A DNA stretch of 64,000 bases, from positions 96,001 to 160,000 of the forward strand of contig JBCCHT010000013.1 of assembly GCA_039028615.1 (NCBI GenBank), written 5' to 3'. Both the position numbers and the translations under genes were made by a program. Position 1 is the stretch's first letter; each line of letters starts with the position of its first letter. The stretch is from Myxococcota bacterium (lineage in GTDB: Bacteria; Myxococcota_A; Polyangia; Nannocystales; Nannocystaceae). A model generated the notes under the pieces. The model made no database searches, was not told the origin of the DNA, and saw nothing but the letters and a program-made list of their open reading frames with translations. Below are positions 9,890-19,349 of the stretch, one piece after another.

Positions 9890-11107
9890 TCAGCCGCCGC
9901 GGCGGTCGGGATAGTGCACCCGCATCACGATGCCGCCGACGATGAGCTCCGCGCCGTTGGGCACGCGGGCGACCTGATCGACCTTGTGTCCGTTGATGGT
10001 GATGGGCGCGCCGGGAGCGGCCGGGCGGATGACGGCGCGCCGCGGAAAGCCGCTCCAGTCGAGCATGGCGTGCACGTCGAGCAGGTCGCCGCCGGTCACC
10101 TGCACCGCACAAATCTCGCCTGCACCCACGCGTCGGCGCCCGGGGATGAGCGGCACGTGGCGGCTGGTGCCGCCCGTCTGGATCTCGACGGTGGCCGCGG
10201 GGCTCGCCCCCAGGTCGTGGTGCAGGATGTCGCCGAGCGCGGACGCCACTTCCCCCGCCAGCTGCGGGCGGTTCATCGGATCCTTGTCGAGGGCGCGGGT
10301 CAGCAGCTCGAGCAGCGACTCGGGCAGGCCGCCGCAGCCGGGATAGCGGGTGATGGGCACCACCTCTTGCGTCGCGTGGGCGTCGAGCCACCCGAGCGGG
10401 TTGTCGTGCAGGGCTCGAATCACCTCGCTGACGCGACGGTCCTCGAACAGCACCGCGTGCCCCGACAGCAGCTCGTACAAGATCGTGGCGAGGCTGTAGA
10501 TGTCGCTGGCCGGCGTGAGCTGATGGGTATGCAGCTGCTCCGGCTGGCAGTAGTGCGGCGTGCCGACCACGGTGCGGGCCGCGGTGGCGTTGCGACCGTA
10601 GACCCAGGGCACGCCCCATGCCCGCGCGAGGCCGAAGTCCAGCAGCTTGATCAGCCCATCGGGTTGCACCCAGATGTTGGCGGGCTTGATGTCGCGATGG
10701 ACCACGCCCTTGGCATGCGCCCCGGCCAGGCCCACGCACACCTGCAGCAAGGTCTCGACCGCATGGGAGACCTGCATGGGCTGATCGATGTCGTGCAGGT
10801 GGTCGAGCTGTCGCCCCTGCAAGAACTCCATGACGAGGTAGAAGTAGCCCTCGCCGATGCTCGAGCCGTGCAGCTTCACCACGTGCGGGCTCGACAGGGC
10901 GCGGAGCACCGCGATCTCGCGGATGGCCCGCTGCACCAGGTCCACCGACATGTTGGGCAGCGCGGTCAGTTTCATCGCGACCGGCTCGGGGCGCTCGGGG
11001 CTCCGCACTTTGTAGACGCGAGCGAACGAGCCGCGCCCCACTTCTTCGAGGATCTCGAAGTCCTCGAACGTCTCCCCCGGCGAGGGGAATGCAAACGGAG
11101 CGTCCAT
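9890..11107 (-). CDS. Ser/Thr protein kinase with C-terminal degenerate FHA-like domain (start uncertain; 11107 chosen, ORF open to 11248)
   Basis: GRGSFARVY, VAMK, HRDIKPAN, DFG, GTPHYCQPE, SDIYSL; C-terminal ITINGHKV...GAELIVG beta-strand pattern. Confidence 0.9.
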   Translation of the reverse strand: MDAPFAFPSPGETFEDFEILEEVGRGSFARVYKVRSPERPEPVAMKLTALPNMSVDLVQRAIREIAVLRALSSPHVVKLHGSSIGEGYFYLVMEFLQGRQLDHLHDIDQPMQVSHAVETLLQVCVGLAGAHAKGVVHRDIKPANIWVQPDGLIKLLDFGLARAWGVPWVYGRNATAARTVVGTPHYCQPEQLHTHQLTPASDIYSLATILYELLSGHAVLFEDRRVSEVIRALHDNPLGWLDAHATQEVVPITRYPGCGGLPESLLELLTRALDKDPMNRPQLAGEVASALGDILHHDLGASPAATVEIQTGGTSRHVPLIPGRRRVGAGEICAVQVTGGDLLDVHAMLDWSGFPRRAVIRPAAPGAPITINGHKVDQVARVPNGAELIVGGIVMRVHYPDRRGG

Positions 11108-11215
11108 CGTCACCGCCAGGATACTTGCGACAGGCCCGACGATGCGACCACCACCGTTTGCGTGAGGATCCGGCGGGGGGTCGGTTGGGTCATGGTAGAC
11201 CGGAGGGGGTATCTC

Positions 11216-11749
11216 ATGCGTGGACGGAGGCAACGACGAGGGGCGCATGCGGTGGCGACGATGGGCGTGGCCGCGCTCGTAGGCTGTACCTCCACGATGT
11301 CACGCGAGGCCCTGGAGCAGGAGGTTCGCGCGTACCTGAGCGAGCGCGGCATCGAGCCGAGCGGCGTTTCGTGCCCCCCAGGGCTCGAAAAGGCCCGTGA
11401 TGCCCATGTGGTCTGCGAGGCCCGGTTGGGCACGATGACGGTGCCGATCGTGGCGACGGTGACCGACGACGAGGGGAACGTCGAACTCCGGCCGCGTTTC
11501 GCCGCCCTCGTCACCGAGCGGCTGGTGCCCGAGATCACCAAGGAACTCGGCAACCAGGGCTACCCGGTCGAGACCATCGACTGCGAGGGCAGGCTGTGGG
11601 TCGCCTCCGCGGGCGCCGAGCATCGTTGCGAGTTCGAGACCGAAGACGGGCGGCAGTTCGTCTGGAAGGCCGTGTTCAAGGGCGACGGCTCCGCCAAATA
11701 CCGCGCGACGCTCGTTCCCAAGCGAGCAGGCCAGGGAGGCCCCTCGTGA
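11216..11749 (+). CDS. DUF4333-like lipoprotein
   Basis: Lipobox LVG-C; two repeats of V/IxCP/E...G/DA.xxC pattern typical of DUF4333; alternative ATG at 11261. Confidence 0.65.
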   Translation: MRGRRQRRGAHAVATMGVAALVGCTSTMSREALEQEVRAYLSERGIEPSGVSCPPGLEKARDAHVVCEARLGTMTVPIVATVTDDEGNVELRPRFAALVTERLVPEITKELGNQGYPVETIDCEGRLWVASAGAEHRCEFETEDGRQFVWKAVFKGDGSAKYRATLVPKRAGQGGPS

Positions 11750-11844
11750 GGCGCGGGAATCGAAGCGGGCCGTGGGGCGTGCAAGGGGCCGTGGCGGACG
11801 GCGCAGCATCGAGGGCAACGACGACTGGCGCACGGCGGCCCCGG

Positions 11845-13221
11845 ATGATCTCGGGCCTCGCCCTCGCGCTCGGCGTGGCCTGTGGCGGTCCGGCGGGCAG
11901 CGAGGCCACGCCACCCCGGGACACCACGGCGCAGGCTGCCGCTCACGGCGAGGCCAAGCCCGCGGCCGAGTGCCCCACCGAGCCGATCGATGTCGAGCGA
12001 GCACCCGGCACCCGCGAAGAACATCGCGACGTCGAGTTCTGGCTGGCGAAGCTGACTCCGGACAAGGCCGACGAGGTGCTCGTCCCCGCCACCGCCATCG
12101 CGGAGCTGAACACCCGTTTCTCCGAGGTCGAAGGGGCGTGGCACGACCCGCTCGATCCGGCGCTGTCCGATCCGGCCGAGATCGCCGAGGACCTCGACGA
12201 GCGCATGGCCTGGATCCGGGGCCGCGTCGAGGACGGGCGCTACGTCGAGGGCACCGCGGGCAGCTTCGCGCGGGCCGAGCAGATCACCCGCGACGCCCAG
12301 CGGGTCGACGAGCTCCGCATGGTCGTCGAAGAGGCCAGCGTCTGGTGCGTCGCGCTCGACGACGGCCTCTACAAAACGCCCATCGACCTCGACTTCGACC
12401 GCAACCGCTGCGCCAGCCTGCATCCGGGCGAGATCATCCGGGTCCTGCAGCGCAGCCCCGATGAATCCTGGGTCTACGTGCACTCCGGTCACACCACGGG
12501 CTGGCTGCACGCACCGCAGCTCACCCCGACCTTGCCTGGCAAGCATCTCCAGCAGTTGCTCGACGGCCCGCGCCTGGTCCCCACCGACGACGACCAGCGC
12601 ACCGAGGGCGGGCGAAGGCTCCGCCTGGGCACCAGCGTGCCCATCGTGGGGCGTCAGGACGATGTCCGAAAGATCCTCGTGCCCACCACCACCGGGCTCG
12701 TCGAGGACACCGTGCGTCTGTCCCCGGGGGCCTCCGAAGGGGCGCTGCCGCTGACCCGTCGCCACGCCTGGTCGCTCGCGCTATCCGAGCAGGACACCCC
12801 GTACGGCTGGGGCGGCCGGGCCGGGCACCGCGACTGTTCTCGGCTCATGCGGGACGTCATGAGCACCTTCGGCCTCCAGCTCGCCCGTCACTCCGGGGTG
12901 CAGGGCAAGCTCGGCACCGACAACATCGACGTCTCCGAGCTTTCCGAGCAGGGCAAGATCGAGGCTCTGCGCCAGGCGGCCCAGCGCGGCGTGGTGCTGC
13001 TGTACATGCCCGGGCACATCATGATGTACCTCGGCGAAGACGACGGGCAGCAGTACGCCGTCTCGGCCATCAGCGAGTACCTCGTGCCGTGCGAGGGCGG
13101 CCCCGACACCGTCTATCGGCCGGGGAGGGTGGCGGTCACCACCCTCGAGCTGGGCCGCGACAGCGAGCGCACCGCGTACATCGAGCGGCTCAGCAAACTC
13201 GTCGTGTTCGCGCCGACCTGA
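11845..13221 (+). CDS. NlpC/P60 peptidoglycan endopeptidase lipoprotein with SH3-like domains (YkfC-like)
   Basis: Lipobox LGVA-C; TPYGWGG..RDCS catalytic Cys, PGHIMMY catalytic His; GTG 11746 is an alternative start. Confidence 0.85.
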   Translation: MISGLALALGVACGGPAGSEATPPRDTTAQAAAHGEAKPAAECPTEPIDVERAPGTREEHRDVEFWLAKLTPDKADEVLVPATAIAELNTRFSEVEGAWHDPLDPALSDPAEIAEDLDERMAWIRGRVEDGRYVEGTAGSFARAEQITRDAQRVDELRMVVEEASVWCVALDDGLYKTPIDLDFDRNRCASLHPGEIIRVLQRSPDESWVYVHSGHTTGWLHAPQLTPTLPGKHLQQLLDGPRLVPTDDDQRTEGGRRLRLGTSVPIVGRQDDVRKILVPTTTGLVEDTVRLSPGASEGALPLTRRHAWSLALSEQDTPYGWGGRAGHRDCSRLMRDVMSTFGLQLARHSGVQGKLGTDNIDVSELSEQGKIEALRQAAQRGVVLLYMPGHIMMYLGEDDGQQYAVSAISEYLVPCEGGPDTVYRPGRVAVTTLELGRDSERTAYIERLSKLVVFAPT

Positions 13222-13276
13222 GCCCCAGCGGCCCTCGAAATAGGAGCTTGCGTCCTGTCGCTCCCAGCCCCTCGCT

Positions 13277-14023
13277 TCAGCCGAACGGACCAACCGTGGA
13301 AAGCTGTCGCTTCCTCCTCTTCTTCAGCTCTTTCTTCTTCTCGGAGAGCTTCCGTAGCTGATCTACTTTCTGGGCGGTGTTTGGGGTTCGGCTGGGTGGA
13401 TTGAGGGCACTCGAATGGTCCTGGTGTCCCGTTTCTTGGACGTTAGCATCACCTTGGGAAACCGACCCGACCTGGCGCAACGAAGGAGGGCTGGTTGAAA
13501 TCGCCCTGTTTTCGAAGTCTCGCGGGGATTGCTCGGGTTCTCTACACTCGAGGTGTCGATCCCAGGCTTTTTGGAGTGCGGGGTCGCTTCCCAACAACTG
13601 TTGCAGCTGTGTATCGATGCCGCCGAGTTCTCGGTCGATCTCTTCCATCTCGGCCTTGACGTGTTGCTCGGTCTTCTCCATTGCAGCCCGTTCACGGCTG
13701 ACCCAAGCTTTGAGCCGCGCGTCGTCGACCAGGACTTGGTCCACGAAGTCGAGAATCTGGCGTCGTTTTCCGGTCGTATTGTTGTCGACCGTGAAGTACG
13801 AGGCGAGGACCGATTTTCGGATGTCGGCGAGTGTCTGATCAGACAGAGAATCGCTAAATAGCCAAGCTGAGAACGAGCCAGCGAGCGACGCTATGAGCAC
13901 TGGGACCGTGAGTCGGACCGTCCAGGGTCGTGCTTGCCGCTCCTTGAGTTCTGAGATTTCGAGCCGCAGCTTCTCGAGCGCAGGGTCTGGGTCAGTCGCG
14001 ACGGTGGACTGGTTCTCGTCCAT
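13277..14023 (-). CDS. Hypothetical coiled-coil protein with one TM segment, lower GC than flanks
   Basis: AAGGAG RBS; 248 aa ORF; hydrophobic VPVLIASLAGSFSAWLF; basic C-terminus; many A/T-ending codons. Confidence 0.6.
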   Translation of the reverse strand: MDENQSTVATDPDPALEKLRLEISELKERQARPWTVRLTVPVLIASLAGSFSAWLFSDSLSDQTLADIRKSVLASYFTVDNNTTGKRRQILDFVDQVLVDDARLKAWVSRERAAMEKTEQHVKAEMEEIDRELGGIDTQLQQLLGSDPALQKAWDRHLECREPEQSPRDFENRAISTSPPSLRQVGSVSQGDANVQETGHQDHSSALNPPSRTPNTAQKVDQLRKLSEKKKELKKRRKRQLSTVGPFG

Positions 14024-14138
14024 GAACAGGCTCCTTCATCGCAAGTGTCCCACACCGGTCGGGATCCCAGCGTGCTTGGGATGCGTAGCCATGCTCGTAG
14101 CGGTGGCAGGGTGGCGGTACACCGAACCCCAGGATCAC

Positions 14139-14162
14139 AGAACCCCGCCGAAGCGGGGTTCT
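14139..14162 (-). terminator. Hairpin directly after tRNA-Thr
   Basis: AGAACCCCGC-TTCG-GCGGGGTTCT perfect 10-bp stem with C(UUCG)G loop; weak U-tract. Confidence 0.7.
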
Positions 14163-14165
14163 TGT

Positions 14166-14241
14166 TGGAGCCATCTAGCGGAGTCGAACCGCTGACCTGC
14201 TGATTACGAATCAGCTGCTCTACCAACTGAGCTAAGATGGC
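14166..14241 (-). tRNA. tRNA-Thr(CGT)
   Basis: GCCATCTTAGCTCAGTTGGTAGAGCAGCTGATT-CGT-AATCAGCAGGTCAGCGGTTCGACTCCGCTAGATGGCTCCA, 76 nt cloverleaf with CCA. Confidence 0.97.
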
Positions 14242-14291
14242 GAGGCGGCGCTTGATACGACGCTCCGTGCGGCGCCGTCAAGACCATCGGT

Positions 14292-15242
14292 TCACGGCTT
14301 CCACTGCAATCCGCGGGCGCCGGGGTCGAGATCGGGCGCGGCGGCGGAATTGCCCACCAAGCGCACGAGGACCTTGCCTCGGATCGCGTCCGCGGGGACC
14401 CAGCCGATGGCGCGAGAGTCGCAACACGCGCCGTCGTCCCGGTTGTCGGCGACCACCAGGAAGCCGGGGGCCTCGAGCTCGACGGGGCCGGCCTCGGCGG
14501 GGGGCAAGCCCAGGCCGAGCCAGGGGTCCGAGGGGGCGTCGAGGGGCACGAGGACCTGGTAACGGCGCTCCTCGGTGCTCTCGTAGGCCACCGAGCGCAT
14601 GCGCGGCGGCCCGGCGGGGCCCTCGGGGTCGTCCACGTCGTGCAGGGCCAGGCGTAGGGGCTCGGCGCTCTTGTGGGTCAGCGGCTGCCCTTCGATCGCG
14701 ATGCCGAGCACCGCTCCGGGCACATGGAAGGCCACGCGCTGCCCCGGGACCGCCAGCACTCGGCCCACGCGGAGCACGGGGGCTTCGTAGGTGGCGAGGC
14801 CGTCGCTGCGGTCCTGGACCTTCTGCCAGTTGTCCTCGAGATCCTCGGGATCGATGACCGCGGTGTTGCGCAGGTCTCGACCGGGCTCCTGGCGCACGTC
14901 GGGCAGCTCGTCGCCGTCGTGGTTGTCGGCGTCGGGGTCGTCGCCCTCGACGGGCTCGGGGGAGGCGGGCGCCAGCGGAGCGGCGGCTCCGGGCTCGTAG
15001 ACGACCACGTCGCCTCGCTCCACGCTCCAGCTGCCGCGCACGAGCATCACGTGCTCGCCGTCGAGCAGGGTGGGGGCCATGCCGTCGCCGTGGATCTGGA
15101 CCACGGTGGCCAGGCTGACGCGCGTCGCGATGAGCGCGATTCCTCCCACCAGGGTCATCCAGGCCAGGCGTGTCGACCAGCTCCGACCCGAGTGGCCTCG
15201 GCGGGGTAGGGGTTCCTCCTGATCAGGGCGTCGACGCAGCAT
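14292..15242 (-). CDS. Signal peptidase I (S26) homologue, catalytic Ser and Lys both replaced by Gly
   Basis: N-terminal TM; box B QIHGDGMAPTL, box C RGDVVVY, box D RVGRVLAVPG, box E ADNR...DSRAIGWVP. Confidence 0.8.
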   Translation of the reverse strand: MLRRRPDQEEPLPRRGHSGRSWSTRLAWMTLVGGIALIATRVSLATVVQIHGDGMAPTLLDGEHVMLVRGSWSVERGDVVVYEPGAAAPLAPASPEPVEGDDPDADNHDGDELPDVRQEPGRDLRNTAVIDPEDLEDNWQKVQDRSDGLATYEAPVLRVGRVLAVPGQRVAFHVPGAVLGIAIEGQPLTHKSAEPLRLALHDVDDPEGPAGPPRMRSVAYESTEERRYQVLVPLDAPSDPWLGLGLPPAEAGPVELEAPGFLVVADNRDDGACCDSRAIGWVPADAIRGKVLVRLVGNSAAAPDLDPGARGLQWKP

Positions 15243-15918
15243 CGTGGGCCGGCTCGGTCATCGCTCGGACCCAGCGGCCCACATTGTCGACGACCTCGCG
15301 GCGGGGGCCAAAGAAACTGCGGATGGCGGCGAGTCCCCAGGCGCCCGCCTGCAGGCACGCGGGCGCCGTCTGGCCGGTGATGCCTCCGAGGGCGAACACG
15401 TGGGGCTCCCGGGCCGCGAATGCTCGCAGCGGCTCCAGGCCGACCGCCACCTTGGGCGGGCGGTCGCCCGAGGGGCCCGTCTGCGGCGTGAAGATGGGGG
15501 CGAGCACCGAGTAGTCGACCTCGGGTCCACCAGATCGAGGCGTGCCGTGGCACGAGCGGCCGAGTCGTCGCCGTGGTCCCAGGACACTGCGCGCGGCCGC
15601 GACTGCGGCTTCGCTGGGGTCGCCCCGCAGCTGTACGCCGACGATGCCCGCGGCCCCCAGCGCGGGCTCGAGGTCCTCCCGCGCACCTGCGTCGACGGAC
15701 AGCAGGCACGGAATCCCCGCGCGTTCACAGGCGAGCCTCAGCGGGGTGAGGCGATGGCTCGGCTCGACCAGCGCGGCAGGGCTCGCCCCGGGATCCCGCA
15801 GCAACACGGCCAGGCCCACGGCACGCGCGGGCGCCCAGGCCTCGACGAGGCCTTCGTCCACCGCGCCGTGCGGAGGGGTGATCGCCAGCAGCCGGAAGCC
15901 CGGTCGCCCCGCGCTCAC
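15223..15918 (-). CDS. thiE: Thiamine-phosphate synthase / TenI-like protein
   Basis: GTG overlaps thiG stop; [25 protein letters not shown] motifs; downstream of thiS-thiG; divergent, could be TenI-like. Confidence 0.75.
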   Translation of the reverse strand: MSAGRPGFRLLAITPPHGAVDEGLVEAWAPARAVGLAVLLRDPGASPAALVEPSHRLTPLRLACERAGIPCLLSVDAGAREDLEPALGAAGIVGVQLRGDPSEAAVAAARSVLGPRRRLGRSCHGTPRSGGPEVDYSVLAPIFTPQTGPSGDRPPKVAVGLEPLRAFAAREPHVFALGGITGQTAPACLQAGAWGLAAIRSFFGPRREVVDNVGRWVRAMTEPAHDAASTP

Positions 15919-16700
15919 TCGATGAGGCCGCCAGTGGGGCTCGACGCGTTGGCGTGGGCGCGAATTGGCATGCGCCCGGCGAGGTAGGCCTGACGCCCCG
16001 CGATGATGCCCATGCGCATGGCGTCGGCCATCCGCTCTGGCTCCTTGGCTTGGGCGATGGCGGTGTTCATCAGCACGCCGTCGATGCCCAGCTCCATCGC
16101 CTTGGCCGCGTCGCTGGCCGTGCCCACCCCGGCGTCGACGATGACAGGCACGGTGGCCTGCTCGACGATGAAGCCGATGTTGTGCGGGTTGCGGATGCCC
16201 ATGCCGCTGCCGATGGGCGCGGCCAGGGGCATGACCGCCGAGCAGCCCATGTCCTGGAGCTTGCGGCACACGATGGGGTCGGCGGAGACGTAAGGCAGCA
16301 CCTCGAAGCCCTCGTCGATCAGGATCTTGGCCGCGGCCAGGGTCTGCTCGTTGTCGGGCAGCAGCGTCTTGGGATCGCCGATGACCTCGAGCTTCACGAT
16401 GTCGGCGATGCCGAGCTCGCGGGCCAGTCGCAGGGTGCGGACCGCCTCGTCGGCGGTGTAGCAGCCGGCCGTGTTGGGCAGCAGCGTGTAGCGATCGCGA
16501 TCGATCCACGACAGCAGGTTGTCCTTGGCCGACAGGTCCACGCGACGCAGGGCCACGGTGACGATCTCGGCGCCGCTGCGCTCGAGGCAGGCCTTGGTTT
16601 GCTCGGCGTCCCGGTACTTGCCCGTGCCCACGATGAGTCGCGAGCGAAGGGTGCGTCCGGCGAGGGTCCAGGTGTCGTCGCTCGTTTGCTCAGTTGCCAT
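15915..16700 (-). CDS. thiG: Thiazole synthase
   Basis: [41 protein letters not shown]. Confidence 0.97.
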   Translation of the reverse strand: MATEQTSDDTWTLAGRTLRSRLIVGTGKYRDAEQTKACLERSGAEIVTVALRRVDLSAKDNLLSWIDRDRYTLLPNTAGCYTADEAVRTLRLARELGIADIVKLEVIGDPKTLLPDNEQTLAAAKILIDEGFEVLPYVSADPIVCRKLQDMGCSAVMPLAAPIGSGMGIRNPHNIGFIVEQATVPVIVDAGVGTASDAAKAMELGIDGVLMNTAIAQAKEPERMADAMRMGIIAGRQAYLAGRMPIRAHANASSPTGGLIE

Positions 16701-16703
16701 CGG

Positions 16704-16919
16704 TCAGCCTCCACCCACGAAGGTCACGATCTCCAAGACGTCGCCGTCCGCCAGCGAGCGAGCCTCGTGCTCGGCTCGGGGGACGATCTCGCGGTTGCGT
16801 TCGACCGCGACGTGCTCGCGTTGGAGGCCCAGGGCGGTCACCAGACCCGCCACCGTGGTGCCGGATTCGACCGCGCGAGCCTCGCCGTTGACGACGATTT
16901 GGAGCATCGAGCCGGACAT
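16704..16919 (-). CDS. thiS: Sulfur carrier protein ThiS
   Basis: [19 protein letters not shown]-terminal FVGGG; upstream of thiG. Confidence 0.95.
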   Translation of the reverse strand: MSGSMLQIVVNGEARAVESGTTVAGLVTALGLQREHVAVERNREIVPRAEHEARSLADGDVLEIVTFVGGG

Positions 16920-17132
16920 ACCGCTTGGCTTCCCGGGTCGTCCAGCACCTGCGGAGCGGGCGCGGCGCGAGGTCGGCGCGGCCCGCTCCGAGGCAAATCA
17001 CCACGGTCACCGTGGCTGAGGCCACTCAGTGTGGTTTTTTCACAACATGCGATCTCCGCTGGATACAAACGTAACCTAGAGAATTTCTAAATGATCTCAG
17101 TATATTCCGTCGGCGTCGCAAAGTGTGCTGTA

Positions 17133-17148
17133 TGGCACGACTCCTGCT
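17133..17148 (+). promoter_or_regulatory. Sigma-54 (-24/-12) promoter of the Crp/Fnr gene
   Basis: TGGCACGACTCCTGCT: GG at 17134-35 and GC at 17146-47 separated by exactly 10 nt; AT-rich DNA upstream. Confidence 0.7.
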
Positions 17149-17160
17149 TTATGGGTCGAC

Positions 17161-17913
17161 ATGCCCATCGCCGCCGACGCCCGCCGCCCGATGATCCCGC
17201 TCGAGCGAATGCCCGTGCCCGACGTGCTCTCCTGCGTAGAGCCGTTCACTGCCGCTCGACCCCAGGAGATCGAAGCCCTCGCCAAGTCAGCCGTGCGCTT
17301 CCGCAAGGCTGCCAGCACCGTGCTGATCGGCGAAGGCCACGTGCCGGATGGTCTTTACGTCGTGCTCCGCGGCCGCGTGAACCTGGTGCGCATGGGCGAC
17401 GGAGGCCGTGACCTCATCCTCTCCACGCTCGGCCCCGGCGATGTCCTGGGCGAGAGCTGTGCCTTCGACCAGTCCGGCATGTCGACCTCGGCCGTCGCCG
17501 CTACGCCGGTCGAGCTGCTGCGCGTGCCCGCCGAGATCATCTCGGCCCACGTTCGCCGCGAGCCCGAGACCATGGTCCGCCTGGTGCGCCTGCTCAGCGA
17601 CAAGCTCCGCGACATCGAGAACGTGGCCAGCAGCCTGGCTCTGCACGACGTCGAAGAGCGCCTGCGCCGGACTCTCGTCCGCCTCGTGCGTCGCCAGGGC
17701 CGTCGGGCACCCGCTGCCAGCGGCTGGATCCTCGCCCCCGTGCCCACCCAGTCCGAGCTGGCGCGCATGGTCGGCTCCTGCCGCGAGACGGTCTCTCGCA
17801 CGCTGTCCGCCATGGCCCGCAACGGCCTGGTGAGCTCCAGCGGTCGCCGCATGGTGCTCGACGAGAGCCTGCTCAGCAGCGAGGTGGCCGAGCCCGAAGT
17901 CGCCGCCGCCTGA
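17161..17913 (+). CDS. Crp/Fnr-family transcriptional regulator
   Basis: cNMP-binding fold (LYVVLRGRV, PGDVLGE) plus HTH TQSELARMVGSCRETVSR; start may be 17191. Confidence 0.9.
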   Translation: MPIAADARRPMIPLERMPVPDVLSCVEPFTAARPQEIEALAKSAVRFRKAASTVLIGEGHVPDGLYVVLRGRVNLVRMGDGGRDLILSTLGPGDVLGESCAFDQSGMSTSAVAATPVELLRVPAEIISAHVRREPETMVRLVRLLSDKLRDIENVASSLALHDVEERLRRTLVRLVRRQGRRAPAASGWILAPVPTQSELARMVGSCRETVSRTLSAMARNGLVSSSGRRMVLDESLLSSEVAEPEVAAA

Positions 17914-18106
17914 CGCCGCGGGCCGGCCACACGCGGGCGGTGACACCCGAAGGGCACGAGGACGCCACCGCGACCGAGCCGACCCACGAGGGCTCCGAGA
18001 TCATCTCGGGGCCCTTCGCTTTTGGTTGCTCCATGGGAATGATGCGCAGGCCGAGACCGTCGGGGTGCGTGCTATAAGCCCGCCAATGGGCGGAACGCAG
18101 GTCCCG

Positions 18107-19309
18107 ATGAGCCCGCTGCAAGCCGTCGTAGGTGCACCCCATGCCGAGCCTCTGGTCGAGGTTCGGCCCACGTACGCGCGCATCGATCACGCTGCGCTCG
18201 CCCACAACCTCACGCGCGTGCGCTCGCACGTGGGGCCCGGCTGTCGGGTGCTGGCGGTGGTCAAGGCCGACGCCTACGGGCACGGGGCCATCGATGCCGC
18301 CCAGACCTTCGTGGAGCACGGGGCCTGGGGCTTGGCGGTGAGCTTGGTCGAAGAGGGCGTGGAGCTGCGCGAGGGCGGGGTGCATGCCCCGGTGGTGGTG
18401 CTGGGCGGCGTGGTGCCGGGCTCCCAGGACGTCATCGTGCATCGCAAGCTGACCCCAGTGGTGTGGTCCCGTGAGCACCTGCAGATGCTCGCGGCCGCGG
18501 TGCGCCGGGCGGGGGCGCGACCCTTGTCCGTGCACCTGAAGATCGACACGGGGATGTCGCGGCTCGGGGTGCTGCCCGAAGACCTCGGGGGCGTGCTCGA
18601 CTGGTTCCGCTCGGAGGCAGGACGGCACTTGGTGCTCGAGGGGGTCATGACCCACTTCGCCTGCGCCGACGATCCCGACGACGACCTGAGCAACGCGCGG
18701 CAGCTGGCCAGCTTCAACGCGTGCCTCGACACCATCTCGGCGCGGGGGCTTCACCCCACGCTGCGCCACGCCAGCAACAGCGCGGCCATGGTGCGCTTCC
18801 CCAACGCCCGCTACGACATGGTGCGGCCCGGCATTGCGCTCTATGGCGCGGCCTCGGGGCGCGAGGTCGAGCTCGACGGGCTTCGCCTCGCCATGCAGGT
18901 GGTCAGCCGGGTGCTGGCGGTGCGGCGGCTGGAGGCGGGCGCTCGCATCTCCTACGGCGGTCGTCACCAGCTCGAGCGCGATGCTCGGGTGGCGGTGGTG
19001 CCGGTCGGGTACGCCGACGGCTACCCGCGCTCGATGTCCGGTCACGCGCAGATGCTGGTGCGCGGGCATCGATGCCGCGTGCTCGGCAACATCACCATGG
19101 ACGTGTGCATGCTCGACGTCACCGACCTGCCCGACGTGCGGGCGGGCGAGCGCGTCACCTTGATGGGGCGCCAGGGCGGCCAAGAACTCGACGTGCACAC
19201 GCTGGCGGAGTGGGCCTCATTGATCCCGTACGAGATCATGTGTGGGATCTCCAAGCGAGTGCCGCGTCACCGCACCGAGCCAGCAGCGGGTCAACGCGCC
19301 AGCTCTTGA
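18107..19309 (+). CDS. alr: Alanine racemase
   Basis: AVVKADAYGHG PLP-Lys motif, HLKIDTGMSRLG, MTHFACAD, VRPGIALYG, ISYGG, GYADG. Confidence 0.97.
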   Translation: MSPLQAVVGAPHAEPLVEVRPTYARIDHAALAHNLTRVRSHVGPGCRVLAVVKADAYGHGAIDAAQTFVEHGAWGLAVSLVEEGVELREGGVHAPVVVLGGVVPGSQDVIVHRKLTPVVWSREHLQMLAAAVRRAGARPLSVHLKIDTGMSRLGVLPEDLGGVLDWFRSEAGRHLVLEGVMTHFACADDPDDDLSNARQLASFNACLDTISARGLHPTLRHASNSAAMVRFPNARYDMVRPGIALYGAASGREVELDGLRLAMQVVSRVLAVRRLEAGARISYGGRHQLERDARVAVVPVGYADGYPRSMSGHAQMLVRGHRCRVLGNITMDVCMLDVTDLPDVRAGERVTLMGRQGGQELDVHTLAEWASLIPYEIMCGISKRVPRHRTEPAAGQRASS

Positions 19310-19349
19310 CGCGCCGCGTCGCGACCGGTTCCATCGGCGTGTCCTCGCC

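Noticed and set aside
13222..14241. Prophage or integrative element at tRNA-Thr
   Set aside because: No integrase, no att duplication seen, only a single orphan gene
16920..17030. Possible TPP riboswitch upstream of thiS
   Set aside because: A GC-rich hairpin (about 16952-16990) exists, but the conserved CUGAGA and CCUGAU...GGGA elements were not found
17161..17913. Naming the Crp/Fnr gene mrpC
   Set aside because: Only family-level similarity is evident; orthology cannot be shown without phylogeny
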